From Rhizophagus irregularis (lineage: Eukaryota), in NCBI RefSeq assembly GCF_026210795.1, contig NC_089429.1, forward strand, positions 7,006,001 to 7,070,000: DNA of 64,000 bases, written 5' to 3'. Shown one piece after another: positions 1 to 13,944 of this stretch. Position 1 is the stretch's first letter. Each line of letters begins with the position of its first letter. The position numbers and the translations under genes are program-made. Below the pieces are notes generated by a model. That model ran no database searches, was not told the DNA's origin, and saw nothing but the letters and a program-made list of their open reading frames with translations.

Positions 1-580
1 TACAATTTCGATTACGATCGCCTTAATTATGGTACAATAAAATATTTTTTTTTTTCAATGAGAGGAAAAGACACTATGAAAATTTTCCTATTAATATGAA
101 TAAGATTTTTTTTTATTGTTTTAATTTACTTAATAAATTGTTATACTATAAAGAATTAACAAAACTGCAGTCCATCAGTTGTTTATTAGTCTACTTTCAT
201 GAGAATGACGGAAAATAAACTTTTGACAAATTTGTTACAAATTTTACTAGAAATTTTAAATGATAAACTATATTATCATTACCAATGAAATTGGTACCAT
301 ACGTGAAGTACACTCATGAACAAAATAATAAATTGAAACTTCATGATAGAACTAAGGGAATGCCAATAAAAAAATTTAATAAAGTTATTATATGGTAGAT
401 TACCTAATGCCTCATGCCTACAAATACCAAAGATATATTTTTTTGATCGTTGCCGTATCCATGTAATCAAAACGAAGTCGAATTAGCGAAAAAAAATACG
501 ATAAGAATATAACGAACGATGAAATAAGCATATTTCCCGGATCGCACATTATTAAAATATTTACAAAAATTATGTACAAC
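1..580. repeat. Dispersed repeat, copy 1 (copy 2 at ~49322-49780, same orientation)
   Basis: Shared blocks TTTTTTCAATGAGARGAAAAGACACTAT, GTAGATTACCTAATGCC, TTTTGATCGTTGCCGTATCCATGTAATCAAAA and CGAAGTCGAATTAG occur in the same order in both copies, with indels. Copy 1 may extend left of the window. Confidence 0.85.
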
Positions 581-1066
581 TCAAAATTCTAGTAAAATTA
601 TTTACAAAAAAAATAATTATATACAAATATGAAACAAAGAACTGGAAATGAAACAAAACAAAATCAGCATAACTTTTCAAAAAAAAACAACGATATACAA
701 TATAAATAAATGTGTACCATATCCAAATTAGGAACTTATACGTAAATACTCAGGCGAGTACCTTGAGCGTTAGGAACCACATATGTGATTAAAAACTTAA
801 ATCTAGAAAATTTAGTAAGAAAAGAAATTATTTAACATACGAAACTCACAAATTAAATCATATTTTAATTTAAAAACTCACAGTAATTCTTAACGAGTGG
901 CGGATCTTAATATCTTAATTTTAAATCTTAATTGCTTAATAAATCTTATGAAGTGAACATAACTCGCAATCTATGCTGCTTTTATATTTAATCTGGACTC
1001 GTACGCAGTACTATTCAAAGTTTTAAAGGTATGACATGATTAGCTCTGAATGACGCATAAGAGCAC

Positions 1067-1166
1067 ATATATCGGAACAATGTTTCTAATTATATATCGG
1101 AACATTGTTTCTAATTATATATCGGAATAATGTTTTTAATTATATATCGGAATAATATTTTTAATT
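1067..1166. repeat. 25-bp tandem repeat x4
   Basis: ATATATCGGAACAATGTTTCTAATT followed by three progressively diverged copies. Confidence 0.9.
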
Positions 1167-1890
1167 ATTGTTTGAACGCTAATTAAATGAGGTGCAGTAC
1201 AAAACAATACTCTCAAAACAAAGCTTGTTAGATAAATTAATCATATGTAAAAATGGAACAAATCTGTTAATCCCGATTCGATGACTAAATAATAATAAGA
1301 TGGAAGTTTGATTTTTATTGAGAACGATTTTTAGAATCAAGGAAAATCTTTTAATGCATGATCCAATAACAAATTAAGACAATGTTATTATTTGCATTAT
1401 ACAATTTTTTATTGTATAAGAATGAAACAGTAATGATTCATTTACAATAGACTATTTATAGGCATAAATGACCAAAAAATCAATAATTAAAAATGCTTTT
1501 GTTCTATAATAAGCTAATTATTATGATTATTGGTGAATGAAAAAACTGTGATTACCGTTTTCATGCATACATCATGAGAACCAAATAAAAACTCGGAATA
1601 TTTTTTTTCCGTACAAGATAAATAATTTATTTGTCATCCAACTATTCGACGAATCCACTATCAAATCGATTTTACGAATGTTCTTAATAAAAATAATTTC
1701 AATATCCTTTTATTCTTTTGTAGTGGCTGAGTAAAATACTTTTTTGAGGCTTAGTATATAATATACTATTTGAAGATTTTTATTCTTACAATAAATTTTC
1801 ATTAAAAAATAGTTTAATATATTATAACGTAAACAATTTATTTTTATAATACCATAAAATATTCATAAGTTATAGATAATAAAATTGATA

Positions 1891-2293
1891 ATGGCGTAGT
1901 TAGCCGAAAAAGACTACCCCTGCGTACCCTTCAAAAATGTCACGAAACGGCCGGCATTACGGCGTTATGCACTAACACGTGAAAATAAACAGTGACGAAT
2001 AAGGGTGTGACGAATAGGTTTTTACTTACTCGAAAAAAACTAAGTCCCTCAGATACTTATGAAAAATGGAAACAAGGAAGGGTGTGACGGATGTGACAAA
2101 AACAAAGTCACGTGAATTTTCGTGACATTTTTGAAGGGTACGCAGGGGAAATCGCCGAAAAATAATTAGCCGCAACGTGATCCGGGACCCGGCTCAGGCG
2201 TAGATCGTTGTGGAATTCCAGGGGGATTTTCTGCCGGGTCCGGATGATCGGCAATCAGGAATTCGGCTCCGTTTTTCAGCTAAACTATACCAT
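1891..2293. mobile_element. Degenerate MITE hosting a nested MITE
   Basis: Imperfect TIRs ATGGCGTAGTTAGCCGAAAAA (1891) / TTTTTCAGCTAAACTATACCAT (2272-2293); GC-rich interior. Confidence 0.55.
1917..2148. mobile_element. MITE with perfect 31-bp TIRs
   Basis: CCCCTGCGTACCCTTCAAAAATGTCACGAAA at 1917 and its exact reverse complement ending at 2148. Confidence 0.9.
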
Positions 2294-2700
2294 ATAATAA
2301 AAAAATTCGTAAAAAAAAGATTATTTTACAATGGAATTGTGGAAATTCATGTCTGCACAAACAATTAATTTCGTGAACAAAAAAAGGTAAAAAATGAAAT
2401 ATCATACTATCATATTACATAACGAATATTAATTTTTTTTTTTATAGGTGTGCGAATATTGTGGATTACTCCGGAAGAGATTAATTAAGTATTAAGAAAA
2501 AACTAAAAGTGAGAAATAACTTATTATAGAACGTCATATTATCGAAATGTCTTATGGTATTTCATGTAAAACAACCCAACATAAGCTTCCCTTAATACAA
2601 TATTAACCGATATGTATTTAATTTTGACATTTAATAATTCTTTATTTCCAACTTTTCCGATTTTGACTATTGATGAATATTCTGATCGTTTACATTATAT

Positions 2701-2892
2701 GTAGTCTTGTGGGCTTATGTGGCTTGTTATAGTAAACTAGTTGGTCCAAAGCGTAACGAAGGACTACCCGCTGATCCGTCCGGCACGTAATGATGTACAA
2801 TAAACATCATTCTAGGCTTTTAACAATATTTAAACGCACTTTGCAACTATGAAGAAAATAAAAATAAAAAATAAAAAAAATAAAAAAAATAA
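2701..2892 (+). mobile_element. SINE-like repeat, copy 1 (copy 2 inverted at 14715-14898)
   Basis: Core AGTTGGTCCAAAGCGTAACGAAGGACTACCCGCTGATCCGTCCGGCACGTAA matches the reverse complement of ~14830-14885. Homology continues to ATATTTAAACGCACTTT...ATGAAGAAAATAAAAATAAAA and ends in an A-rich tail. Confidence 0.55.
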
Positions 2893-4754
2893 TTAAAGAA
2901 TTAAAATGATGTCCAAATTTAATATTTGAAGAGAAATATAATAATAAAAAAAACTCTTCATTCTTGCCTTTAGTTAATAAAACTTATTTTTCCAATTCTA
3001 TGATTAAATCCTTAATATACCGAAAGAGGAAATTTCGAGATTTAATCGTTCTGCATTTATCAAGTGAACCAAGAAATAAATTAAAAAGCCAAGTCATTAT
3101 TTTTCAGTATCAAAACATTTGGGCAACCTTGGATAATGATTTTTCAGGAAAAACGTGATGCAACACGGTTAAATTTCTTGGCCGTCTTAGGCTGGAATGA
3201 GTTAATAAGAGAAGACTGCGGCTATAGATGACGTTTAAATATTACGCTTATCAATTTTCATCATGGACACGAAAATATTGCGCCTATCGACTTTCGTATT
3301 GATTGAAGATACAAGTAATCGGATATCTTACTGAGAAATATTAATATAGATCATACCGATTTTGGATAAAAAAAAGCTATTCAGGCTATTCATATGAAAT
3401 TTCCAAAGTATCTTAGTATCTTATCCTTAAAACTGAACATATTATGGCAGCCACACTTATTTACCAAGGACTAAAAAGGAATCCATGTGGGTAAAGTGGT
3501 TGATATGGTAAAAAATTCAATCACAGATTTTGGGCATATTGGGAAACCTCAAATATCTGTAAAAATAATAACATTTTAGAACTATAATAATTCGCGGTGA
3601 TGGATAGTTGTTTAGAATTAAACTAAACTATGAGGGAAATTGAATGTAACACAGGATGATGATTACACAATCGGAAAACAATAAACGACAACACAAATAA
3701 TTGACACCCCGTGTCAAAATAGCTTTACCCTACCCAACTTAACAAACATTGTTATTACAGTTTAATCTATTTGGTATTTTTGGTATACTAAATATAGAAT
3801 ATGATAATTTAATAGATAAATATAAGAAAAAAAAAAACATTAAAATTTTTGCTATAGATTAATGAAGACTTTGAATGGATTTAAGAGAGCTTTAAATTAC
3901 AGTATTATTATTGTAAACTATTATGTTCTATAAGATGATAAGGTTTTATATAATGAACAAGAGTTCATTTTAAAGGGGAGTTAGGACTATAAAATGTAAA
4001 ATATGTGAAATGTGATTTATTTTGAACTTATTCATTTCTAATAAAATCATGACATTCGAATTTGTAATAAATATTTTTTAACCATAATTGAGTTAATTAT
4101 GCAAATTTTTTAGTAATCTTAATTTTATCATACCTTCAGAATTGTTATTTTTGTGCGGCAGTGATGTTTTTTATGTAAATTATATGAAATGTTCTATATA
4201 AAATTTACATACACTATTTTATATAATTTTAATGTAAATTTGTAAAATATGTCTATATAGGTTTTTTATTTAAAATTCAAACATATTTCATATAAGTATT
4301 ATTTAATTATGTATAACGCCTGATTAGTTTATTAAGATGAATAATCCTGTAAATCAATAAATCCTTTTATTCTTGTAAGTCGATTTTACCCTAATTTCTC
4401 AATATCTGGAGTTGTAATTTTTTGTCAATTTCGTTCTTTTCCAATGTAATTTTACACTTTTATTTCAAGTTCATAAGTAATCGTCTCCAAAAATGACAAC
4501 GTAAATACGGATCTAGAACTGGCGGGATATGTTCGTGAAATCAACCAACTAGAAGGTTTGCTTTGGGGTTTACGATATGCAGGGCAACAATATGTATTTC
4601 GCTTTTTGATCGTTCAGGAGGTATTGGCTCCCGGATTCATAAAATAATAAATACGTAAATAAAATCATTAGGCTGAAATTTTTAAGTCGTACAGAAGATT
4701 AGTTAATTATATACAATTTTTTAAATTTAAACAAACTAAAAATTCGGGTTAGAA

Positions 4755-5675
4755 AAAAGTTGAAAGAAAAATATTTTATGCCAATGTATAATGTTAAATT
4801 TATGCGAATTTTTTAAAAAATCTACATCAATGGATATGTGATTAATTATCGGAAAAAAGTGGACATAAAAATTCAGTTGATTTTCGAATAGTACTCATAA
4901 ACAACATTTTTCTTTTTAAGACAAATACTGTATTAATAAACGAAAATTAATGACTTGTACCAAAATCGAGGAATACGAGTATAATACTAGTATACAAGAA
5001 CGAATTGGAAAGTAAATATACCATTTCAATTTATTATATACATCTATTAATGCTTTTTTTTTGTTTTACGCATAAAAGATTTTTCATAAAATAAATAAGT
5101 TAGTATACTTTAAAAAAAATTCTTTATTGTAAATTTTATTTTTCCCTTAATTAATTTCAATTTTGCCTCACGTGATTAAGAATTCATATGGATCGATTGG
5201 ATCGACTGTTTGCGTAAAATTTTGTAGCCAAATAATTTTCATTATTTTATTTACATATTTATTATTTTATGCATCACGTAGACGGCAGACCGCACAAAAT
5301 AAAAATTCCTCTTTTGGATGTGAAAATCCTTTTTTCATTGTATACAATTCTTTAAAAAGAAGTTGATAGAAAATATTTTATATTGTTAAATTTATGCGAA
5401 CCTACGCCAACGGATATCTAATGGAATTATCGGAAAAAAACGACATAAAAGTTTAGTTGGCCTCGAATACTACCCATAAACAATATTTTCTTTTTTTTTT
5501 TGACAAATAATAATAAACAAAATTAGTGACTTGTACCAAAATCGAGAAATACAACGAATATAATTTATTTTATACACCTATTAATGTTTTTTTTGTTTAT
5601 TCATAAAAAAATTTTTTCATAAAATAAGTTATACTTTAAAAATTGAAAATTATTTTCCCTTTACTCAATTTTAAT
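4755..5675. repeat. Local direct duplication (~4755-5165 and ~5355-5675) upstream of the kinase
   Basis: TGTTAAATTTATGCGAA, AATTATCGGAAAAAA, TGACTTGTACCAAAATCGAG and TTTTTCATAAAATAA appear twice in the same order. Confidence 0.85.
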
Positions 5676-5792
5676 TGAATTCAGACTGCTGTTTACGTGA
5701 ATTTTATGAAACTCACTCCAGAATTTAATAGACCTTTTTTCCATTTATCATTTCATGTTTAAAATTGTATTTTAAATTTTATCAACAGTATT

Positions 5793-7841
5793 ATGGCTAT
5801 CATTCGTCAAGAAATAGTTAGAGCTACAATTAATAGAGCAGCTGCATTAGTAGACCCTAATATTCAAAATAATTTAGAAAAACGACATGTATTTAGAATA
5901 CAAACAGTTCTTGCTGACAAATCTCTTACGAAGGATGAAAAATCATATGCAGTAAAAGAATTAAATAAAGTATTTGACCATTATAAAATCCTTTATAATG
6001 AAGGAACAAAAAGAATTTGTGAAAATTGTCATGATGAATGTTTAGCTACATTATATTGTGAACATTGTATTCGAAATTATTTAAAAGAAAATTTTTCAAA
6101 TAAATAATGATATTGATAATTTAATATAACAATGTCAAATAAAAGCACTTATACCAAATTTGATAGTAGAATGGATTCCTTATAATAATTTACAAAATAT
6201 TAAATACTTAACTAAAGGTGGAAGTTCTGAAATTTATACAGCAGTTTGGATTGGTGGATGTTATGAAGAATGGGATTTAAAAGAAAAACAATTAAAAAGA
6301 TATGGAAGTATGATTGTAGTGCTCAAAAAATTAGAAAATGTTGAAAGTGCCAATAAAAGTTGGTTTGATGAGGTATATACAAGTAATTAAAAGTATTTGA
6401 AATTTTTTTTTAAAATTTAATTGCAATTTTTTTAATTTTTGTAGGGTATATCTCATCTACACATAAGTAGCAAAACTTCCCTTATAGTGCAATGTTACGG
6501 TTTAACTCAAAATCCATTTAATGGAAATTATATGATTGTAATGAATCATATGAATATAAATCTAAGAGAATATTTGCAACAAAATCTCAATAAAATCACA
6601 TGGAAAGAAAGAATTCAAATTATTGATAGTATAATTGGCGCAGTTTATGATATTCACAGCGAGAGTTCAATTCACAGAGATTTACATTCTGGAAATATAT
6701 TATTTGGTCAAAGTAATCAAAATTTTTTCATCAGTGATTTTGGATTTTGTGGACCAGCTAATAAACCATTAAATAGTATATATGGAAATCTTCCATACAT
6801 AGCACCTGAGGTCATTGTTAATAAGAAATATACTTTTGCATCTGATATTTATAGTATTGGCATACTTATGTGGGAAATCTCATCTGGACAACCACCTTTT
6901 ATTAATAAACATGATTATGATCTTGCAATAAGAATAATAAATGGAATGAGACCAAAAACAATACCAGACACTCCTTTAGAATATAAAGAATTAATGGAAC
7001 AATGTTGGGATGCTAATCCTACGAAAAGACCTGATATTTTCACTCTTTTTAATAAAATAAGGGATATTTATAGATGGTATTGTCAAAATGAAAATGAACA
7101 AAGAATAATTAGTAAAATTACGAGTACTAATAACTCTCAATTAAATACAAGATATAATTTAAATTCTAGTTCTACTAATAGTTCCTTTTTTGGGAATTTT
7201 AGTACAAGTTCTAGTAATTGGAATATTAGTAGTAGAGTTTATAATTTTGAAAATTTACCTGAACCAAAAAATGCAACAAAAGGTAAGAATTTTTTATTGT
7301 ACAAGTTTTACTTTTTACATTATAATATTTCATTTTATTTATTTAATAGAAGAACAAGATGGTAATTATTAAAATATATTTAACTTATTAATATTGTTAT
7401 TTTTTTACTATGTTAACTTTATTTTTATAGCTTATCATAGTATACAATTTGATTATGATTTACAAGATGGTTTGATTATTGGTAAGATTAGCAATTAATA
7501 TATTTTTGTTAAAAATTTCGATTTATAATTCTAATTTATATCCATTTAATTTAAATAAAGTAGAAGAGAAATCTAATAAAAGATGTTATTTTGATGGTAA
7601 TAGATAGTTTTTTGTAAAAATTTTTTACAATGCTGTAAATCAAATAATCAATTTTCTTCTTTATTACTATAAAATAGATGATGATAAAGATTTAGCTTAT
7701 AACTCTAATAAAAAAGTCAATTCAAATAATAACGAAGGTAATTATTACTGAAACTCTCATATTTTATTTTTATTATTATTAATGTATTAATATTAAATTT
7801 TAGAAATACAATATCATGAAATTGGATACCAATATACGTAA
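5793..7841 (+). pseudogene. Tyrosine-kinase-like protein kinase, disrupted in exon 1
   Basis: CxxC..CxxC N-terminal region; EWIPY, GGSSEIY, VVLKKL, HRDLHSGN, DFG, YIAPE and DIYSIG motifs. Inferred GT-AG exons 5793-6372, 6445-7282, 7350-7361, 7431-7481, 7561-7596, 7678-7737, 7804-7841. Frameshifting lesion near 6100 and an in-frame TAA at 6127-6129. Confidence 0.85.
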
Positions 7842-9677
7842 AGAAATTATGCTACGAGTAAGATGGATCTTAACTATTTATTAAATTAGAGCGTTATCAT
7901 TATTATTTTTGTATTATTTTATTTAGAATTATTTAAACACTAAGACTAGAGTAGCAAAATTTGCAAATTTTCTTAGTTTGTAATTTAAATAGTTCATTTT
8001 ATTTATTTATGACTAGTATACAATATATAGAATATGAATAAATTTATAATTTGAACAGTATTACAATATTATAGATTTTTGCCATATTGAAATTAATCTG
8101 ATTTTTATTAAAAACCAATTACTGTATATACCAATATACTACTGATATTTTAGTTAACTAATGTCCAAATCTTAAATCTCACGAAAATTACCAAATATTG
8201 CAGCGTCAAATGAATACTGGTTTATTATTTACTACCATACGAATATTTAAGTTCAAAGGAAATTTTAATTGGATATAAAGCATTTTAGAGTATGTAGATT
8301 ACTATGTAATGTAATAGCAATTTCTGTCTATAAAAGTATACAATTGATTAAATAAATAACAGTTTAATACTATTTACAGTTTTGTAATAATCTACGTATA
8401 TTAATTTGCAAGTTAGATTTTAGATGATATAAATAGAATTTCATTTTTTGCTGTTCTAATATTAACTTATTGAGTTTAGTTTATAATTCATCGACAAGTA
8501 GTATTTTTAGGCATTAAAATTGTATTATAAATTTGAAGATGTTGTAAATATAAATACAAATGAATATAAGAAATACGTTTGAAAGAGTTAGAATTCTTTC
8601 CATAAATTGTTCAAATTGGCATATATTTTACGTCTATGTTATATATATCTTACGTTTAAACTATATACATAATATGGTCAAATTATGTTTATTTAAAATG
8701 GTTATTTGATGTTACATTTAATCAAAAAGTATTTTTCACAGGGGCTTATATACCAACAAAATTAACTTTATATGTCCTCTCATAATTAATAAATAAAACA
8801 TATCCTTTGGTCTTTGTCATGGGATCCTGCCAAAAATTCTAATGTTCATGATAATTAAGAATTTGAGTCTTTCTTCTCCATTCTTCCCTTGAAATTTGCA
8901 GTAATATTTTCGCTATATCGAAAAGTAGGTTCATTTTCAAATAAATGAACAAAAATAATTTCTGGAAAAGTATCAATTGAATGTCTCTTAGACCCAACAG
9001 ACATTGTACAAAATTCAAATAATTGAGTGATTATTAATAATAATAATAAATATGTGATATTCTAATTACGATGTTGCATAATCATTAATTTCTCAAAATA
9101 TATGTATTCTAAATAAATAATTTGAAAGGAAATAGGTTGCTTTAAATTAAAAATCAGCAGTTTATCGCTGTTTACTAAATATATATATGAAAGACTATTA
9201 GGCTAAAAGTGAATCTATAGGAGTTTCAAATTTAACTAAAATTATGAAACCTTTTAGTGAAGCTGGATTTTCTATTATAAAAAATTATATTACTGTAATA
9301 CTGTATGTACCAGGATTATTCATATTAAACCATTATATACAGGGTAACAGGGATATTAATGATCAAAAAGAATTTTTTAAGAATACTTCAAAATCACTTG
9401 TTTTAATGTGAAGCCTAAAATTAAACATTTTAATTTAAAAGGAAGGGGCTTATCCTAAATTTTGTAATATGATGATATAATAGTATTATTTGATACTTGG
9501 CTATAATTAAATGTACTACCTGAAGATTTTGTTTCATATTTCCAACCAGATTGAATAATAGATCGATGTATATATTTAGCAACCAGTGATTCAACTCATA
9601 TTACTTTGGATTCATTAGATAGTACTTCTTGATCTCCTCCGCAGTCGATCTCGATCAAAGAATTAAAGCGGCAACCC

Positions 9678-10794
9678 GCTGCATTTAATTGATTTTAGTA
9701 GGTATAATAATTTTAATAGCTACAGAATGACAATTGGGTAATAGTCAGTACCCGTCACAATTAAAAATTCTGACTTGCGCAAAATAAGGTTTACAAAAAA
9801 AAAATTTATCCGCAGAAAAATCCAATTCACAGATTTTTGTTTATGGCTTTTTTTGAATGAAATTGCAATTATGTAAAAGGCAAAGCATCACAAACGGGTT
9901 TAACATACAATACATTAACTTTCCAGATTTTACAACTTTATTAACCAGAACTATATAATATACAATAAACAAATATACTATATTTCGCAAGAAAGTAGTA
10001 AAAAGTTAGTTAATCTTTTTTTTTATTTTTCTTATATATTTTTTCTTTAAATTTTATTATAAAAGTATGTTTGCAAGGTTTTTTTGCGTGGCGCAATGAA
10101 TAGTGTTACGCAGTAAAATGTCACGCAGTAATCACGTGATATAACTGGATCCGTGATGCCGATCAATGTAGGAGATATCGACATGTTTGATATGTTATGT
10201 AGTATATATAGAACATATAGTATATAGAGTAAATAGTATATATAGCATAAATAGTATATATAACATATATAGCATATATAGCATATATAGCATATGTAGC
10301 ATAAATTAGATATTTTTTTTTATATAGCATTAGAAAAAGTAGTTTTAGAACAGTCCTTATAAAAATCATTAATAAAATTAATTAATAAAACTCATATATA
10401 TACACTTTATTTTACGCCGATCCCGTTAATTTCCGACCCTACTGCTTACACTAAATATACCGCTTATTTTTAAGCATATAAGAACTGACCTATAACAATA
10501 GGTTTATCATGTGGTACAGTCAGGAAAAGAGGGATTAAATACATCCAACCCATTTAAAATTATTACAAATATATCGTGATTTGTCTAAATTTAAACATTC
10601 CTCTAATATGTACTAGTAATACTTTTGTGAGAATTAAATAATAAAAAATGCCTTATATTTATAATTTTATTTTACACTATTTGGAGTCTGAGCCCGGAAA
10701 CTAGCTGCATTTAACTGTTATTTTAGTAAGTATAATAATTTTAATAGCTACAGAAATGACAATTGGGTAATACCCGTCACAATTGAAAATTCTG
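9678..10794. repeat. ~95-bp direct repeat pair (9678-9772, 10704-10794) flanking ~930 bp
   Basis: GCTGCATTTAA...TATAATAATTTTAATAGCTACAGAA.TGACAATTGGGTAATA...CCCGTCACAATT.AAAATTCTG present twice. Confidence 0.85.
10195..10330. repeat. 9-bp degenerate tandem repeat (TATATAGCA-like)
   Basis: Repeated TATATAGCA/TATATAGTA units; explains the YAIYAI ORF at 10163-10369. Confidence 0.8.
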
Positions 10795-11299
10795 GCGCAC
10801 AGCCTTAATCGCTTAGTAAATATTGTACCCGTTTAGAACCAAAACTAGTCAGCCATCCAACCACAAAGAAATCAAAGAAATCGAAGAAAAGACAGAAAAA
10901 AGAGTAAAAAATGTGAGATTTTCGGATAATAGTAACCATCAACACGCAATACCTTTTGAAGAATGAAAGAAAATGGGTTAATTGAAAAATACCGTATACG
11001 ACTAAAAAGTGACAAGTAAGATAAATAGAAATATTTTATCTGATAATTTTTTTAATATAAATTCTTCATCTTTTCTGATAAATATTTATCTGAGAGGAAT
11101 CACATGAATTACAGTTAATACTATTTACTTTTTTTTTCAATTTTAATTACATACATTTATTTAGATCTTATTACCATTTTTTATTTATAGGAAATAATTT
11201 TCTCATGTAACAAAAATTTTTTTAATAGTATTGTAAAAATCAAAAATAAATAGTCACTCTCTTCTAATAATCATCACTGTAGAAAATTTTTAACATGAA

Positions 11300-12300
11300 T
11301 TCATATCAAATAATCTTTTCTGGTATTTGTAACTGAATTTTATCTTGTAAAGATTTAACAAACAGGACTTGAAATACTTCATAATTCTCCACCTTAAATT
11401 CTGCTGTAATTCCTATTTTAGGATAAGCTAGAATGATAAAATGTCCAATTATTGGTACCACTACAAAAGAAATTACTCATGTGTGGTCCTTGATTAGTAC
11501 TCGAGAAATAAATAGCATAACTTGCATTGTTATTGTTAACATAACTTAGTTTTGCAGTAGAAATAATTTTTTCATCCGTAATATAAAATAGAAACTATCT
11601 GTAGTGCTTTTCCAAATATTACTTCCACTCCACTAATCGAGTACAGCATTCCAAACACGAAATTCTTCAATTGATAGATCATCTATTTGTAAAACTTTTT
11701 GATCAATTGCTCTTCAGAAAATTTATTGAAATGATCCAAATTAAGAAACCATTTCGTTCAAATCGATAACTAACGATAATAGTTTTCATTATCAAATGCT
11801 TCAGTAAAAATGTTTTCATAGATCCAACTTGATCGATTTTCGATAAGGTACGATTGAAGATATTCGACCACGTCAGTTAGTTGGAAACGTTTAGCAGCTT
11901 TCATCAAGTTCAACAAAGATAATGAATTCATGGTCAAAACATTAATTTCGTTACTATAGATTAAATTATAATTATTATTTCTTTTTTTATCCTAGTTTTA
12001 TCTAGATGTTAAATAAATAATGAGAGCTAATTAGTATTAATAGCTACCCTAAGATTCTGTCAAATACTTCAAAAGTATATTCGGGAAATTTAAATTGATA
12101 ACAATTATCAAGTTTTTCATTTTTTATCCATAGAATGTAATTTATTATGAAGGTAAACTGATCTAACTTTCAAAAGAATGAACGATCATTCTTTTAAAAG
12201 GTTTCCGGCCTACAATAAAAACAACATCATAATCAATATTATTTTTACGTATTTGGCTTATATCTTGGATGAACTTTTTATCTGAAGGTAATGGAATCAT
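11300..12300 (-). pseudogene. BTB-BACK-TLDc pseudogene
   Basis: N-terminus DYDVVFIVG...IVHS (BTB); later fragments LMKAAKRFQLTDVVEYLQSYLIEN, DDLSIEEFRVWNAVLD, WKSTTDSFLFY, QGPH, YPKIGI and ENYEVFQV parallel the intact gene at 32687-34154. Multiple stops and frameshifts, plus an internal deletion. Confidence 0.8.
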
Positions 12301-13944
12301 GTTTGTAATGTCAAAGTGTAAAAAAGTGCGTGGGAATTTATAAAGTTTATGTTCCTTTTTTTTTGTTTTTTTTTTTCCACTGACGGACATGTGAAACGAA
12401 GAAAAAAAAATTAAAATAGTATTTTCTGTATTTATTTACGCAAATTATAATTATTGTTATATGTCATTCAATTTCAACTTATTTTTTTTTGTAAAAAAAA
12501 AAGTATTATTAATAATTATTACATTTCAAGATAATTAGTAATATTACTAATATACAGTACATCTTATAATTATTATGTAGTGCAACAAATCTTATCAATT
12601 TAAATTTACCTATGTTTATTTATATATTAACTAATTTTTTTATAATTATTACATATAATGAGAATAGAAGTTGAACTTACTCGTAGATAATATAATTTGT
12701 AATACTACCAGTTTTATCCATTGCGATTTTTTAACGGAATTCTGTAATTGACGTTTTTTTCAAGTTGCGAAATTAAGCTTTGAGTGATTAATAGCAGAAT
12801 TATGCAATTTTTTCACGTTTTCAAACGTTTTTCATTTTCTTTCTTGACTAAAATTATGAATAGGTAATTTTAGAACGCAAAAAAATCTTTAACAATCTTT
12901 TAAACTTGATCTTGGTTTAAGGAAATGATGTATGTAAATTATAAACAACCGTTTCTTGATACTTTTCAAATAATACACTTAATTCTACTAATGACAAATT
13001 TCAAGCCAGGAATCAAATTGTGAACAATTTACGCAGCAACAAATTTATGTATGGTATGACGCCTGAATCCAATAATAATCATGAATTACCCACTGTAAAT
13101 TGTACAATTGATTCAGCCTCCGGATAAACAACTAAATAACAAATTAATCTTCGAACGGATTAGAAATAAAACCAACAGAAAAAAGTTCAATTGGAACAAA
13201 AGGATATCAAATGGATTACAACACAATATTCAGCTTCATCACCGACAGATAAAAGATAATACACTTTGCGAACAGGAAGAAAAGGTTAAAATAATGAAAT
13301 TATTTGGCCTGACAGTACTTACGCATAGAAAATACAACGAGAAGTATTGTAGCTTTTCATAATTCAAATTTGATTGTTATTTAATTTCCACAAAAAAATC
13401 AAGGAAGTTCCTACGACTTCACAATTTAGTTGATGAAGATTGTATTAGCTCGACGCTAGTGTCATTAAAGGTTATATAAATGTCATGATTGCGATAAATT
13501 TACTCACCGAATAAGCTTTCAATCTAATAATTTATTATAATTCAAAAATTTTGTACAGACTTAATGGCTAAATGAAACAAAAAAAAAGTTGAATTATGAA
13601 AGCATGTATTAAAATGAGGCGCAAAATCCAACTCTTTTTCACAGATGATAATTTCGAGATGAGAATTTTATTATATCATATCCTATTTATAAATGATTCT
13701 TGTGAAAAAAAGATAAAGGATCTAATAGATGATCATGAAGTATTAGATTTTAGAATATGATTTATACAGTATTTATGCAATGAACTTAAACTCGGTATAT
13801 TGTATCAATAGGCTAAGTTTATTACTAAAGTTTATATAGTGTATATATAGTTTAATATTTATTAAAATCAAATAAACCAACGATTTTTTAAATCATTTTA
13901 TTATAATTTATAGAGTTGACAGACATTCTTAATAAACGCTTTCT

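Noticed and set aside
1067..1166. Possible CRISPR-like array
   Set aside because: The 25-bp units are contiguous with no spacers, the context is eukaryotic, and no cas genes are present.
8750..9650. Possible decayed minus-strand gene (e.g. FCTMSVGSKRHSIDTFPEIIFVHLFENEPTF)
   Set aside because: Short fragments only, with no recognisable motif.
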